From contig CAIYVC010000080.1 in the NCBI GenBank assembly GCA_903929535.1, positions 4,999 to 68,998 of the forward strand: a stretch of DNA of 64,000 nucleotides, given 5' to 3'. The notes under the pieces are model-generated. The model had not been told where the DNA came from. It searched no databases and saw nothing but the letters and a program-made list of their open reading frames with translations. This stretch comes from an uncultured Caulobacteraceae bacterium (GTDB lineage Bacteria > Pseudomonadota > Alphaproteobacteria > Caulobacterales > Caulobacteraceae). Position 1 is the first letter of the stretch; every line of letters starts with the position of its first letter. Positions 47,572 through 56,882 of the stretch are shown here, in pieces. A program made the translations under genes and the position numbers.

Positions 47572-48507
47572 TCAGCCCTTCTTTGGCGCGGGCTTCTTGG
47601 CTTGGGTCGATTCCTGGGCAGGAACCGATTTGATGTAGACCGCGATCGCCTTGCGGTCGGCTGCCGACAGCTTGGCCGTACCGTCCACCACCAACGCCAT
47701 GCCGCCGCCGACGTAATCGCCTTCAGGCGTCGCGCCGGTGTTGAGCAGCTCGGCCAAATCGGCCTCGCTCATCTTGCCGATGCCCTTGGGGTGCGAGCTG
47801 ATATTGGGCGCGCGCTGACCGTCTCCGCCGTCCGGATTGCCAGCATAGGCGTGTTTATCGTCGATTCCCCCCAGCGCATTGCGCGGCGAGTGGCATTCGC
47901 CGCAGTGGGCGACAGCTTCAGCCAGATAGCGGCCGCGGTTCCATTCAGCGCTCTTGCCCGCCACGGGTTCAAGCGGCCCCTTGTGCAGGAACAGGATCTG
48001 CCAGCCGAGAAGGACGGGCCGGAAGCTGAAGGGGAATTTCAGGTCGTGCGGTTTTGAGGGCTGGGCCGAAGGCGGCACGGTCTTCAGATAGGCCCACAGG
48101 TCCGAGATGTCCTGATCGGTCATCCCGGTGAAGGCCGGATAGCTGAAAGCGGGATAGAGGTATTCGCCGTCCTTGCCCTTGCCGTCGCGAAGCGCGCGAT
48201 GGAATTGAGCTTCGGTCCAGGAGCCGATGCCGTGGACTTTGTCGGGCGTGATGTTGGGTGGGTAGAAGGTGCCGAAATCGGTCGTCATTCCGACGCCGCC
48301 GGCCAGCAGCTGACCCTTGGCCTTGGTGTCAGTATGACAGCCAAGACAATCAGCGGCAGCGAAGATCACGGCGCCGTGCGCCGCATTGCCAGGCCCAGGC
48401 GAAGCCGCTTGGCTCGCCTGGGGACCGACAAGACAGAGAACGCCGGCAAGCGCTCCCAGCAAAGTGGCGCTAAACCGCAGCGCCGGGAACGTCTGCCGTG
48501 TTGTCAT
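47572..48507 (-). CDS. Diheme c-type cytochrome (AdhB/gluconate-dehydrogenase cytochrome-subunit-like domains)
   Basis: Two CxxCH motifs (CLGCH, CGECH), each followed by a ...PPNIT/APNIS...GIG... block. Signal peptide present. The start ATG shares one nucleotide with the stop of the upstream cytochrome gene (TAATG at 48505-48509). Confidence 0.85.
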   Translation of the reverse strand: MTTRQTFPALRFSATLLGALAGVLCLVGPQASQAASPGPGNAAHGAVIFAAADCLGCHTDTKAKGQLLAGGVGMTTDFGTFYPPNITPDKVHGIGSWTEAQFHRALRDGKGKDGEYLYPAFSYPAFTGMTDQDISDLWAYLKTVPPSAQPSKPHDLKFPFSFRPVLLGWQILFLHKGPLEPVAGKSAEWNRGRYLAEAVAHCGECHSPRNALGGIDDKHAYAGNPDGGDGQRAPNISSHPKGIGKMSEADLAELLNTGATPEGDYVGGGMALVVDGTAKLSAADRKAIAVYIKSVPAQESTQAKKPAPKKG

Positions 48508-48980
48508 TAGCCGGGGAGCTTTTCCCGGTACGGGCCGTGGCAAGCGCCGCAGCCGACCTTGCCCAGATTGGCTTGGGCCGCGCCGACAGCTTCGGGCGTG
48601 CCGGTCTTGATGACGTCGGCTTCGGCCACGGCGGTGTCGTGCAGGGTCTTGGCGATTTCAACGAACTTGGCGTGATCGGTCCAGATCGCGGCCTTGGCGT
48701 TGCTCTTGCCGGGCATGTCGGTGGAGCTGGTGCCGGCCGGGAACATGGCCACGATCTTGCCGGAGCGGTCGATCAGGTCGTTGATCGCCTTGGTCGCGGC
48801 TTCCTTGGTCGCCATGCCCTTGGCGTAGTCGCCAATGGCCTTGTTGTCGGCCGCTTGGCCCTTCATGAAGTCGATGCGGTTCTTAACCAGGGCTTCCTTG
48901 TCCTGGGCGAACACCGCCGAGCTGAGAGCCGCAACGCCGAGCGCCGCAACCGCAACCTTACCCCATTTACCAAAAGTCAT
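48507..48980 (-). CDS. Class II cytochrome c (cytochrome c'/c-556 family)
   Basis: 157 aa from MTFGKWGKVAVAALGVAALSSAVFAQ. It has a single CxxCH very near the C-terminus (CGACHGPYR) and a four-helix-bundle-like sequence, the hallmark of class II cytochromes c. Confidence 0.85.
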   Translation of the reverse strand: MTFGKWGKVAVAALGVAALSSAVFAQDKEALVKNRIDFMKGQAADNKAIGDYAKGMATKEAATKAINDLIDRSGKIVAMFPAGTSSTDMPGKSNAKAAIWTDHAKFVEIAKTLHDTAVAEADVIKTGTPEAVGAAQANLGKVGCGACHGPYREKLPG

Positions 48981-49073
48981 AAGTCGTCCTCCCGAAAGGC
49001 TTGTGAATCGATCATAACGAGCCGATCCGGTTTCGCCAGCCCGATCTTTGCCTTGTAGAGTCACAACCGTCAA

Positions 49074-50324
49074 TCAGTCTACCGTGTGCACGGGGGCCGC
49101 TTGTACGGTTACCGACTGCTCGATGGGGGGCGCGCCGGGGGGGAAATCGGCCCGCCCGTAGTAGGTCGCCACCCGCTTCATGGCGTCGGATTCGATGTCG
49201 GCGAAGAAGGCGTTGTAGGGCCGCGCCTTGAACTTGTCTGGCCAGTTTCCCGCCGGGCGCAGCGAGCCGGACCGCGGGTGCGAGACCCGCAGCACGCCGT
49301 TCACGCACTGGGCGGAAACCTGCCGCGGCATGAAGGCGGCGCGCACGCCCCACTCCATCTCCGAAGCATTGGCCGCGCCCAGGTTCAGCTTAGCCGGCGC
49401 CTTGGCGTCGCTTTCCATGCCCAGCAGGGGATTCACGCACAGCGCCGGACGGTCGTCGAGGTTCTCCAGCCCCCCTTCGGCGGTCCACACCAGGGCCCGG
49501 TCGAGCACTTCGCGCGCACGGTTCGGATCCGCCTCGTCCACCCCCATCCAACCCACCACACAGTGGGGCTGACCGCGCTGGATGCAGGCGCCGATCGGCT
49601 TGCCGAGGGCGTAGCCGTCCGCCGGGACAACCGCGTCGATCAGATAGGCGGCCACGAGCTTTTGGGTCAGGCCGGGGTTGCGCCCTACCTCCTCGCGCAG
49701 CAGCCGGTCGGCGATCACCGCCCCCTGCTCTACCCCCGCGATGATGAAGGGCCGACCGAGATTGTATTGGGCCATGTAGCGCCGGAAGGCGGCCAGAACG
49801 TCGGCGTAGGCGAATCGCCGGGCTTCGCGGGCGTCCTCGCGAAGGGTCATCTGCTGGGCGTAGAGGCTGGCCTGGCGGTAGCGCGGCGCGAAGATGCGGC
49901 CCACCCGCACGAACGGCCCGGCATAGTTGGGCAGCATGATCTTCTCGATCTGCCGCTGCGAGCGCACATCGTCGATCGGCCCGTTCCAGTCGCGCCCGCC
50001 GTTATAGGTCGTGGGATGGATGAAGAAGATGTCCACCGGCCCGGTCGGGATGTGCTGGTTCTGCGCCACCGGATTGAGCGCCCAGGACGACGCCTGCGCA
50101 TAGTCGGGCGCCTTGGGCGGCATATAGGTCTGGAACGGCTCCTTGGGATCCAGCCCCGTCCGCATGATGTCGTCCCAGGTGGCGATCAGGGCGACGCCCA
50201 GCACCGCCAGGACGGCCACCGCGATCATCGCCGCCCAGCGCCTGCGCCGCGATAGCCGCCTCAGGCCCGCGCGCCCCGAAAGCCACTGTATCCGGTCCTT
50301 GAAGCCTTCCCACACTTCGCGCAC
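49074..50324 (-). CDS. Membrane-anchored DUF3089-like (alpha/beta-hydrolase-fold) protein
   Basis: 416 aa with an N-terminal TM anchor (WAAMIAVAVLAVLGVALIATW). The blocks VDIFFIHPTTY and FAPRYRQAS resemble DUF3089 as I remember it. The family call is tentative. Confidence 0.55.
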   Translation of the reverse strand: MREVWEGFKDRIQWLSGRAGLRRLSRRRRWAAMIAVAVLAVLGVALIATWDDIMRTGLDPKEPFQTYMPPKAPDYAQASSWALNPVAQNQHIPTGPVDIFFIHPTTYNGGRDWNGPIDDVRSQRQIEKIMLPNYAGPFVRVGRIFAPRYRQASLYAQQMTLREDAREARRFAYADVLAAFRRYMAQYNLGRPFIIAGVEQGAVIADRLLREEVGRNPGLTQKLVAAYLIDAVVPADGYALGKPIGACIQRGQPHCVVGWMGVDEADPNRAREVLDRALVWTAEGGLENLDDRPALCVNPLLGMESDAKAPAKLNLGAANASEMEWGVRAAFMPRQVSAQCVNGVLRVSHPRSGSLRPAGNWPDKFKARPYNAFFADIESDAMKRVATYYGRADFPPGAPPIEQSVTVQAAPVHTVD

Positions 50325-50335
50325 CGGATTGAGCC

Positions 50336-51337
50336 TCAGCGGTAGGGGTCGGCCTGGGACAGAAAGCGGCGCGCATAGTCGCCGATCCCGTCTTCCAGCG
50401 AGGTGAAGGGCTTGTCGTAGCCCGCCTGGCGCAGCCGGCTCATGTCGGCCTCGGTGAAGTACTGGTACTTGTCGCGGATCGTTTCCGGCATGTCGGCGTA
50501 GACGATGTTGGGCTCCTGGCCCGCCGCGCGGAACAGGGCCGTGGCCAGATCGGCGAAGGATCGCGCCTTGCCCGAGCCGAGGTTGTAGATTCCCTGCGTC
50601 TCCGGATTGTCCAGCAGCCAGGCGACCACCTCGGCGGCGTCGCGCACATAAACGAAATCGCGCAGCTGCCCGCCGTCGGCGTAGTCCGCATGGTGCGATT
50701 TGAACAGCGTCACCGCCTCGCCCCGCGCCGCCTGGGCCCAGCGCTTGGTCGCCACCGACATCATCTCGCCCTTGTGACCCTCGTTGGGGCCATAGACGTT
50801 GAAGAACTTCAGCCCTGCCACCTGCGGCGGACCATTGCCCCGCGCCAGCTCACGCATCGCATAGTTGTCGAACAGCCACTTGGACCAGCCGTAGGCGTTC
50901 AGGGGCCGCAGCTTGGCCAAGGTCTCCGGATCGTCCTTGTCGGAGAAGCCCAGGGCGCCGTCGCCATAGGTAGCCGCCGAAGAGGCGTAGATTAGCCGTC
51001 GCTGCCGCTCGCAGCACCAGCGCCATAGGTCACGCGACAGGATGAAGTTGGACTGCACGATCTTGTCGGCGTCCGGCTCCGTGGTCGAGGATATCGCGCC
51101 CATGTGCACGACCGCCTCCACGTCCCGCCAGCGGCTTTCCAGCCAGCCGAACATGTCCTGCGGCTCAACGAAATCGGCGATGGGATGCTTGGCGATGTTG
51201 CGCCACTTGCCGAGGTCGGCCTGACCCAGGGTGTCGCAGACCACCACGTCATAGCCGCCGCCTTCGGTCAGCCGGGCGACGATGTTGGAGCCGATGAAGC
51301 CCGCGCCGCCGGTGACCAGGACGATGTGGCGGGTCAT
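50336..51337 (-). CDS. hldD: ADP-glyceromanno-heptose 6-epimerase
   Basis: 333 aa with Rossmann motif VTGGAGFIGSN and SDR YxxxK (YGWSK). ATGA overlap with the hldE stop. Confidence 0.9.
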   Translation of the reverse strand: MTRHIVLVTGGAGFIGSNIVARLTEGGGYDVVVCDTLGQADLGKWRNIAKHPIADFVEPQDMFGWLESRWRDVEAVVHMGAISSTTEPDADKIVQSNFILSRDLWRWCCERQRRLIYASSAATYGDGALGFSDKDDPETLAKLRPLNAYGWSKWLFDNYAMRELARGNGPPQVAGLKFFNVYGPNEGHKGEMMSVATKRWAQAARGEAVTLFKSHHADYADGGQLRDFVYVRDAAEVVAWLLDNPETQGIYNLGSGKARSFADLATALFRAAGQEPNIVYADMPETIRDKYQYFTEADMSRLRQAGYDKPFTSLEDGIGDYARRFLSQADPYR

Positions 51338-52806
51338 GACGCCTCCTGGGCGCGCATCCGGGCGATGGCGGCGCTGGTGGAATAGCCGTCGACGATATCG
51401 GCCAGCCGGACATGACCGCCGTAGCCGGCGACCACGTCCGCGCCCACCACGGTGTCCACCGTATAGTCCGCGCCCTTGATGAGCACGTCGGGCCGGATCG
51501 CCTTGATCAGCTCGATGGGGGTGGCTTCAGCGAAAGGCGTCACCAGATCGACGTGGATCAGGCCTGCCAGCACCAGGGCGCGGGATTCCAGGTCGTTGAC
51601 CGGCCGCCCCTCCCCCTTCAACGCCTTGACCGAACTGTCGCTGTTCAGCCCCACCACCAGCCGGTCGCACCAGGCCCGCGCCTGACCCAGATAGGCGACA
51701 TGGCCCCGGTGCAGGATGTCGAAGCAGCCGTTGGTGAAGCCGACCTTCAGCCCCTGGGCGCGCCAGCGTTCGGCCTCCGCCCGGGCCTGCTCCAGGGTGA
51801 CGATCTTGGCCTCCGCCACGCCCAGGTGAGCCGCCATCTCGGCGTCGATCAGTTCTGCCGGGCTCACCACGGCGGTGCCGACCTTGGTCACGGCCACGCC
51901 GGACGCCAGGACCGCGAATTCCACGGCGTCCTGCAGGTCCGCCTTGGCCGCCAGCGCCAGTCCTAGGGCCGCTAGCCCGGTGTCCCCGGCGCCGGAAACG
52001 TCGAACACCCGGCGAGGCACACCGCGGATATGACGCACCGACTGCCCGCGCGCCGCCAGCGACATCCCCTTGGCCCCTCGCGTCACAAGCACCGCCTTGG
52101 CCATGCAATCCGCCAGCACCGCCGCCAGGGCCGCCTCGACCTCCTCGTCGGTGTCGGTCGGCATATGGGTCAGGATCGACAGCTCAAGCGCGTTGGGCTT
52201 GATCAGATCGGCCTCGCCATACTTGATCAGGCTGTGGGCCTTGGCGTCCACGATCAGGACCGCGCCCGTGGCCTTGGCCGCGCGCAGGCAGGCCTCCACA
52301 ACGGCGGGCGTCACCGCGCCCTTGGCGTAGTCGGACAGCAGGATAGCGCCCGCGTCCTCGGCGGCATGTTCGATGGCGCGGATCAACCCGGCCTCGGTTT
52401 CGCGCCGGATCGGCCGGGCGTCCTCGGAGTCCAGACGCATCATCTGCTGGCCGCCGGCCACGAAGCGCGTCTTGACGGTCGTCGGGCGGTTCTGCGCCAC
52501 CACCAGATGGCTTTCCAGCCCCCGGTCAGCGCCGACCAGGGCCAGAGCCTCGCTGGCGCCCACGTCCCCGCCGATCACGCCGACCAGGGCTGCCCGCCCG
52601 CCCAGGCTGGCCACGTTGCGCGCCACATTGCCGACGCCGCCCAGCATGGTCTGCTCGGAGCCCTTCAGCAGCACCGGGATCGGCGCTTCCGGCGAAATCC
52701 GGCTCACATCGCCATAGACGTAGCGGTCCACCATCAGGTCGCCGACGCACACGACCCGCGCGCTGTTCACGGCCTGCAACAGGGGCTGGAGGGCGGAGAG
52801 ATTCAT
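51334..52806 (-). CDS. hldE: Bifunctional D-beta-D-heptose 7-phosphate kinase / D-beta-D-heptose 1-phosphate adenylyltransferase
   Basis: 490 aa with an N-terminal ribokinase-like domain (VGDLMVDRYVYG, GAGDT) and a C-terminal cytidylyltransferase domain (GFTNGCFDILHRGHV). Confidence 0.93.
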   Translation of the reverse strand: MNLSALQPLLQAVNSARVVCVGDLMVDRYVYGDVSRISPEAPIPVLLKGSEQTMLGGVGNVARNVASLGGRAALVGVIGGDVGASEALALVGADRGLESHLVVAQNRPTTVKTRFVAGGQQMMRLDSEDARPIRRETEAGLIRAIEHAAEDAGAILLSDYAKGAVTPAVVEACLRAAKATGAVLIVDAKAHSLIKYGEADLIKPNALELSILTHMPTDTDEEVEAALAAVLADCMAKAVLVTRGAKGMSLAARGQSVRHIRGVPRRVFDVSGAGDTGLAALGLALAAKADLQDAVEFAVLASGVAVTKVGTAVVSPAELIDAEMAAHLGVAEAKIVTLEQARAEAERWRAQGLKVGFTNGCFDILHRGHVAYLGQARAWCDRLVVGLNSDSSVKALKGEGRPVNDLESRALVLAGLIHVDLVTPFAEATPIELIKAIRPDVLIKGADYTVDTVVGADVVAGYGGHVRLADIVDGYSTSAAIARMRAQEAS

Positions 52807-52842
52807 CGTCCGTTTCTAGGGGTTTGCGGCCAGTGGCGCAAA

Positions 52843-53703
52843 CTAGGCGCGCACGGCCAGATGTAGGGCCTTCAGCGTGGACAGCAGGCCCTCCGCGTCG
52901 CTCAGCGCCAGACAGCTGGGCGCGTCGCACAGCGCCTTGTCGGGTTCGGGGTGGAATTCCATAAACACCCCGTCCGCGCCCGCCGCCACCGCCGCCTTAG
53001 CGATCACCGGTACGCCCTCGCGCCGCCCGCCCGTGGATCCGCCATTGGTGCGCGGATCGGCCCCCGGCAGCTGCACCGCATGGGTGGCGTCGATGGTCAC
53101 CGGCACGCCCAGTTTCTGCATCTCGCCGATGGCCAGCATGTCGACCACCAGATTGTTGTAGCCGAACGACGAGCCGCGCTCGCACAGCACGATCTCCAGA
53201 TTGGGCGCCGCCTCGCGCGCCTTACTGATGATGTTCTTGGCGTCCCACGGCGCCAGGAACTGCGCCTTCTTGACGTGCAGCACGCCTCCGGCGGCCTCGG
53301 TGGCGCGGGCGGCGGCGACCACTAGGTCGGTCTGGCGGCAAAGGAAGGCGGGAATCTGCACCACATCGGCTACTGCGGCCACCGCCTCGGCCTGGTCGAT
53401 CTCGTGGATGTCGGTGGCGATGGGGACGTTCAGCGTCTTCTTGACCTCGGCCAGCATGGCCAGCCCGTCCTTAAGCCCCGGCCCACGATAGCTCGTGATC
53501 GAGGAGCGGTTGGCCTTGTCGAAACTGGCCTTGAACACATAGGGCAGGCGCAGCTTGCCGGTCACCGCCTGCAGGTGCCGTCCGACGCTCAGCGCCAGTT
53601 CCAGATTCTCCAGCACGTTCAGCCCGGCGATCACCACCAGAGGCTGGCCGGCGCCGAGCGAAATGTTCCAGCGCTTCAGATGGACAAGGTTGGGCGTGGG
53701 CAA
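52843..53703 (-). CDS. kdsA: 3-deoxy-8-phosphooctulonate (KDO-8-P) synthase
   Basis: 286 aa with FKASFDKANRSS, IPAFLCRQTDL, DATHAVQLPG motifs. Confidence 0.95.
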   Translation of the reverse strand: MPTPNLVHLKRWNISLGAGQPLVVIAGLNVLENLELALSVGRHLQAVTGKLRLPYVFKASFDKANRSSITSYRGPGLKDGLAMLAEVKKTLNVPIATDIHEIDQAEAVAAVADVVQIPAFLCRQTDLVVAAARATEAAGGVLHVKKAQFLAPWDAKNIISKAREAAPNLEIVLCERGSSFGYNNLVVDMLAIGEMQKLGVPVTIDATHAVQLPGADPRTNGGSTGGRREGVPVIAKAAVAAGADGVFMEFHPEPDKALCDAPSCLALSDAEGLLSTLKALHLAVRA

Positions 53704-53820
53704 GGCGGAGGCTCCGGGCGGGCGTTACCCGCCAACAAGTGGCTTGCCGGGTCGATTGACACAAGGCTCCAAAATCCACACCTGTCGGCTTCCAATCCGA
53801 AGCTGTCCAAGAGCCTGTCT

Positions 53821-54822
53821 ATGAAACTCGGCCGAAGCGTCGTTGAAGCCATCGGCGACACCCCGCTGATCCGCCTGCGCCGCGCCAGCGAAGCCACCGG
53901 CTGCGAAATCTGGGCCAAGGCCGAGTTCATGAACCCCGGCCAGTCGGTCAAGGACCGCGCCGCCCTCTACATCATCCGCGACGCCGAACGCCGCGGCGCC
54001 CTGAAGCCCGGCGGGACCATCGTCGAAGGCACCGCCGGCAACACCGGCATCGGCCTGGCCATGGTCGGCTCGGCGCTGGGCTACAAGACGGTGATCGTCA
54101 TCCCCCGCACCCAGAGCCAGGAGAAGAAGGACGCCATCCGTCTGCTCGGCGCCGAACTGGTCGAGGTCGACGCTGTGCCCTATTCGAACCCGGGAAATTA
54201 TGTGAGGTATTCCGGAGCCTTGGCCGAGAAACCTGCCAAGACCGAGCCCAATGGCGTGATCTGGGCCAACCAGTTCGACAACGTCGCCAACCGCCAAGCC
54301 CATATCGAAACCACGGCCCAGGAGATCTGGAAGCAGACCAATGGCAAGGTCGACGGCTTTGTCTCGGCGGTCGGTTCCGGCGGCACCCTGGCGGGCGTGG
54401 CCATGGGCCTGCGCGAGCACAATCCCAAGGTCGCCGTCGCCCTCGCCGACCCCTTCGGCGCGGCCCTGTTCAGCTGGTACACGGCGGGCGAGTTGAAGTC
54501 GGAAGGGACCTCCATCACCGAAGGCATCGGCCAGGGGCGGATCACCGCCAATCTTGAGGGCCTGACGGTCGACCACGCCTACCAGATACCTGACGCCGAG
54601 GCGCTCGATGTGGTGTTCGACCTCGTGCAGCACGAGGGCCTCTGCATGGGCGGCTCCACAGGGGTGAACATCGCCGGCGCCATCCGACTGGCTAGGGAGC
54701 TGGGCCCAGGCAAAACCATCGTCACCCTGCTTTGCGACCACGGCAGCCGCTACCAGAGCAAGATCTTCAACCCGGAATTCCTGCGCGAAAAAGGCCTGCC
54801 CCTGCCCCAGTGGCTGGTCTGA
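53821..54822 (+). CDS. PLP-dependent cysteine synthase-family protein (CysK/CBS-like, no CBS domains)
   Basis: 333 aa from the ATG at 53821 with GDTPLIRL, NPGQSVKDRAA (PLP lysine), EGTAGNTGIGLA and GSGGTLAG. The longer ORF in the track (from 53404) overlaps the kdsA promoter region. Confidence 0.88.
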   Translation: MKLGRSVVEAIGDTPLIRLRRASEATGCEIWAKAEFMNPGQSVKDRAALYIIRDAERRGALKPGGTIVEGTAGNTGIGLAMVGSALGYKTVIVIPRTQSQEKKDAIRLLGAELVEVDAVPYSNPGNYVRYSGALAEKPAKTEPNGVIWANQFDNVANRQAHIETTAQEIWKQTNGKVDGFVSAVGSGGTLAGVAMGLREHNPKVAVALADPFGAALFSWYTAGELKSEGTSITEGIGQGRITANLEGLTVDHAYQIPDAEALDVVFDLVQHEGLCMGGSTGVNIAGAIRLARELGPGKTIVTLLCDHGSRYQSKIFNPEFLREKGLPLPQWLV

Positions 54823-55658
54823 TGCGCGACCCCATCGTCTCCACCGGTTGGCTGGCCGACCGGCTCAAGGAGCCGGACCTGCGCATCGTCGACGCGCCCT
54901 TCTACATGCCGGGCGACCCGCGCACGCCTCGGGCGGAGTTCGAGAAGGAGCACATCCCCGGCGCGGTCCTGTTCGATCTCGAAGAGATCAAGGACGCCTC
55001 GAGCCCCCTGCCCCACATGCTGACCTCGCCCGAAGCCTTCGCCGAGGCGGTCGGGCGGCTAGGCATCGCCGAGGGCGACCGGATCGTCGTCTACGACCAC
55101 ATGGGTCTGCTGTCCGCAGGGCGGGTCTGGTGGAATTTCCGCGCCATGGGCCATGACGAGGTGTTCGTGCTGGACGGCGGCCTGCCGCGCTGGCTCGCGG
55201 AGGGGCGGCCCGTGTCGACCGGCCCTGTCACCAGCGTCACCCAACCCTTCACCGCCCGCTTCCGGCCCGAGTTGGTGCGCGCCATCGATCAGGTGAAGGC
55301 GGCCCTGGCCTCCGGCGTCCAGGTGCTCGACGCCCGCGCCCGCGACCGCTTCCAGGGATCCGCGCCCGAACCGCGCCCCGGCCTGCCTTCCGGCCACATG
55401 CCCGGCGCCTTCAACACACCCCACGCCGAACTGATCGTCGGCGGCGCCCTGAAATCCAAGGAAGAGCTTGAGGTCCTATTCGCGTCGGAGGGCGTCGATC
55501 TCGACAAGCCCATCGTCACCACCTGCGGCTCCGGCGTCAGCGCCGCCATCATCGCCCTGGCCTTAGCGCGCCTAAGCCGCTGGGACGCGCCCGTCTACGA
55601 CGGCTCCTGGACCGAATGGGCTACGCAGCCGAACGCCGAGATCGCCACAGGCGCCTAA
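54822..55658 (+). CDS. sseA: 3-mercaptopyruvate sulfurtransferase (tandem rhodanese)
   Basis: Start ATG overlaps the upstream stop (TGATG). Two rhodanese domains; active-site loop CGSGVSA. Confidence 0.9.
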   Translation: MRDPIVSTGWLADRLKEPDLRIVDAPFYMPGDPRTPRAEFEKEHIPGAVLFDLEEIKDASSPLPHMLTSPEAFAEAVGRLGIAEGDRIVVYDHMGLLSAGRVWWNFRAMGHDEVFVLDGGLPRWLAEGRPVSTGPVTSVTQPFTARFRPELVRAIDQVKAALASGVQVLDARARDRFQGSAPEPRPGLPSGHMPGAFNTPHAELIVGGALKSKEELEVLFASEGVDLDKPIVTTCGSGVSAAIIALALARLSRWDAPVYDGSWTEWATQPNAEIATGA

Positions 55659-55659
55659 C

Positions 55660-56790
55660 TCAGCGCAGCGGCGGCGCGTACATCATCCCCGGCTTTTCCG
55701 CATTCCAAAGTGCGTTGCGGCCCCGCTCCAGCTTCAACGCCGTGTTGGGGCCTAGGTTGCGCTCGAACATCTCGTCGTAGGTCCCCACCTGACGGATCAC
55801 GTGGAACGCCCAGTCGTCGGCCAGGCCAAGGCGCCGTCCGCCCTCGCCTTCGACGCCCAGCAGCCTCCGGGTCGGCGGGTCCACGGAATCCCGGCGCGAG
55901 GCCTCCACGTCCTTGGCGCTGAGCTTGGCCGCCTCGCCCAGGATCATGGCGTTCAGGGTCCAGCGCACGATATCGGCCCAGTGATCGTCGCCGTCGCGCA
56001 CCACGGGCCCCAGCGGCTCGTCGGCCAGCACTTCGGTCAGGATCACATGCTTTTCGGGGTCCAGTGAGGCGCGGTCGATGGCCAGCACGGTCAGGTCGTC
56101 GGTCAGGGCGTCGCAATCGCCCCGCTCATAGGCCTGCAACGCTTGCTGGCGGTCCTCCTTGACGATCGGCTGATAGCTCAGCCCCCGCGCCCGGAAACTC
56201 TCCGCCAGCACCTGCTGCGCCGGCGAGCCGCCCTGCACGCAGATGCGTTTGCCGTTAAGGTCGGCGATGGCCTTTTCCACCGGCGGCGCGGGCGGCGCGC
56301 CCCGGCGCGGACGCGGCTGCTTCAGAGCGCCGGTCAGAAACCCCTGGCTGTCGTAGTAGCTGATCCCCGCGAAATCGAGGCCGAGCGCCACGTCGTGGGT
56401 GAAGGTGTAGGAGGCCCCGCCCGCCACCAGGTCCACTGCGCCCGATTGCAAAGCGGCGTAGCGGGTGCGGCTGGTCAGGGCGGTGATGCTGACGGCCCGC
56501 GCATCGCCCAGCACGGCGGCGGCCACCGCGCGGCAGATATCCACGTCGAAGCCGTGCCACTGGCCGGTCAGGCCGCGTTCGGAGAAGCCCGGCACGCTGT
56601 CGGTCACCCCGCACTTGACCCGCTTGCGCGCCCTCACCTTGTCCAGGGTGGCGTCGGCGGGCTTGGCGGCCAGATCGGCGGGCGGTTGCACAGGCGCCGG
56701 GCGGCGTCCGCACGCGCTCAGCAGCGCCGCCCCCAGGGTCACGGCGACGGCCAAACTCACTGCAGGGGTCATCCAGACCCTCGGCCGCAT
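55660..56790 (-). CDS. Amino-acid ABC transporter substrate-binding lipoprotein (AapJ/BztA-like), orphan
   Basis: 376 aa with lipobox LLSAC and type-2 periplasmic binding protein blocks (VKCGV...GFDVDICRAVAAAV...). No permease or ATPase genes are adjacent. Confidence 0.85.
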   Translation of the reverse strand: MRPRVWMTPAVSLAVAVTLGAALLSACGRRPAPVQPPADLAAKPADATLDKVRARKRVKCGVTDSVPGFSERGLTGQWHGFDVDICRAVAAAVLGDARAVSITALTSRTRYAALQSGAVDLVAGGASYTFTHDVALGLDFAGISYYDSQGFLTGALKQPRPRRGAPPAPPVEKAIADLNGKRICVQGGSPAQQVLAESFRARGLSYQPIVKEDRQQALQAYERGDCDALTDDLTVLAIDRASLDPEKHVILTEVLADEPLGPVVRDGDDHWADIVRWTLNAMILGEAAKLSAKDVEASRRDSVDPPTRRLLGVEGEGGRRLGLADDWAFHVIRQVGTYDEMFERNLGPNTALKLERGRNALWNAEKPGMMYAPPLR

Positions 56791-56882
56791 ACGCCTTGCT
56801 CCTTGATCGGCTCGCGCGAGCGGGCTCTAAGCGGAACCGAATAGGGCAATATGCGCCTCCAGTCTTCCCGGGTCGTCAAGCG

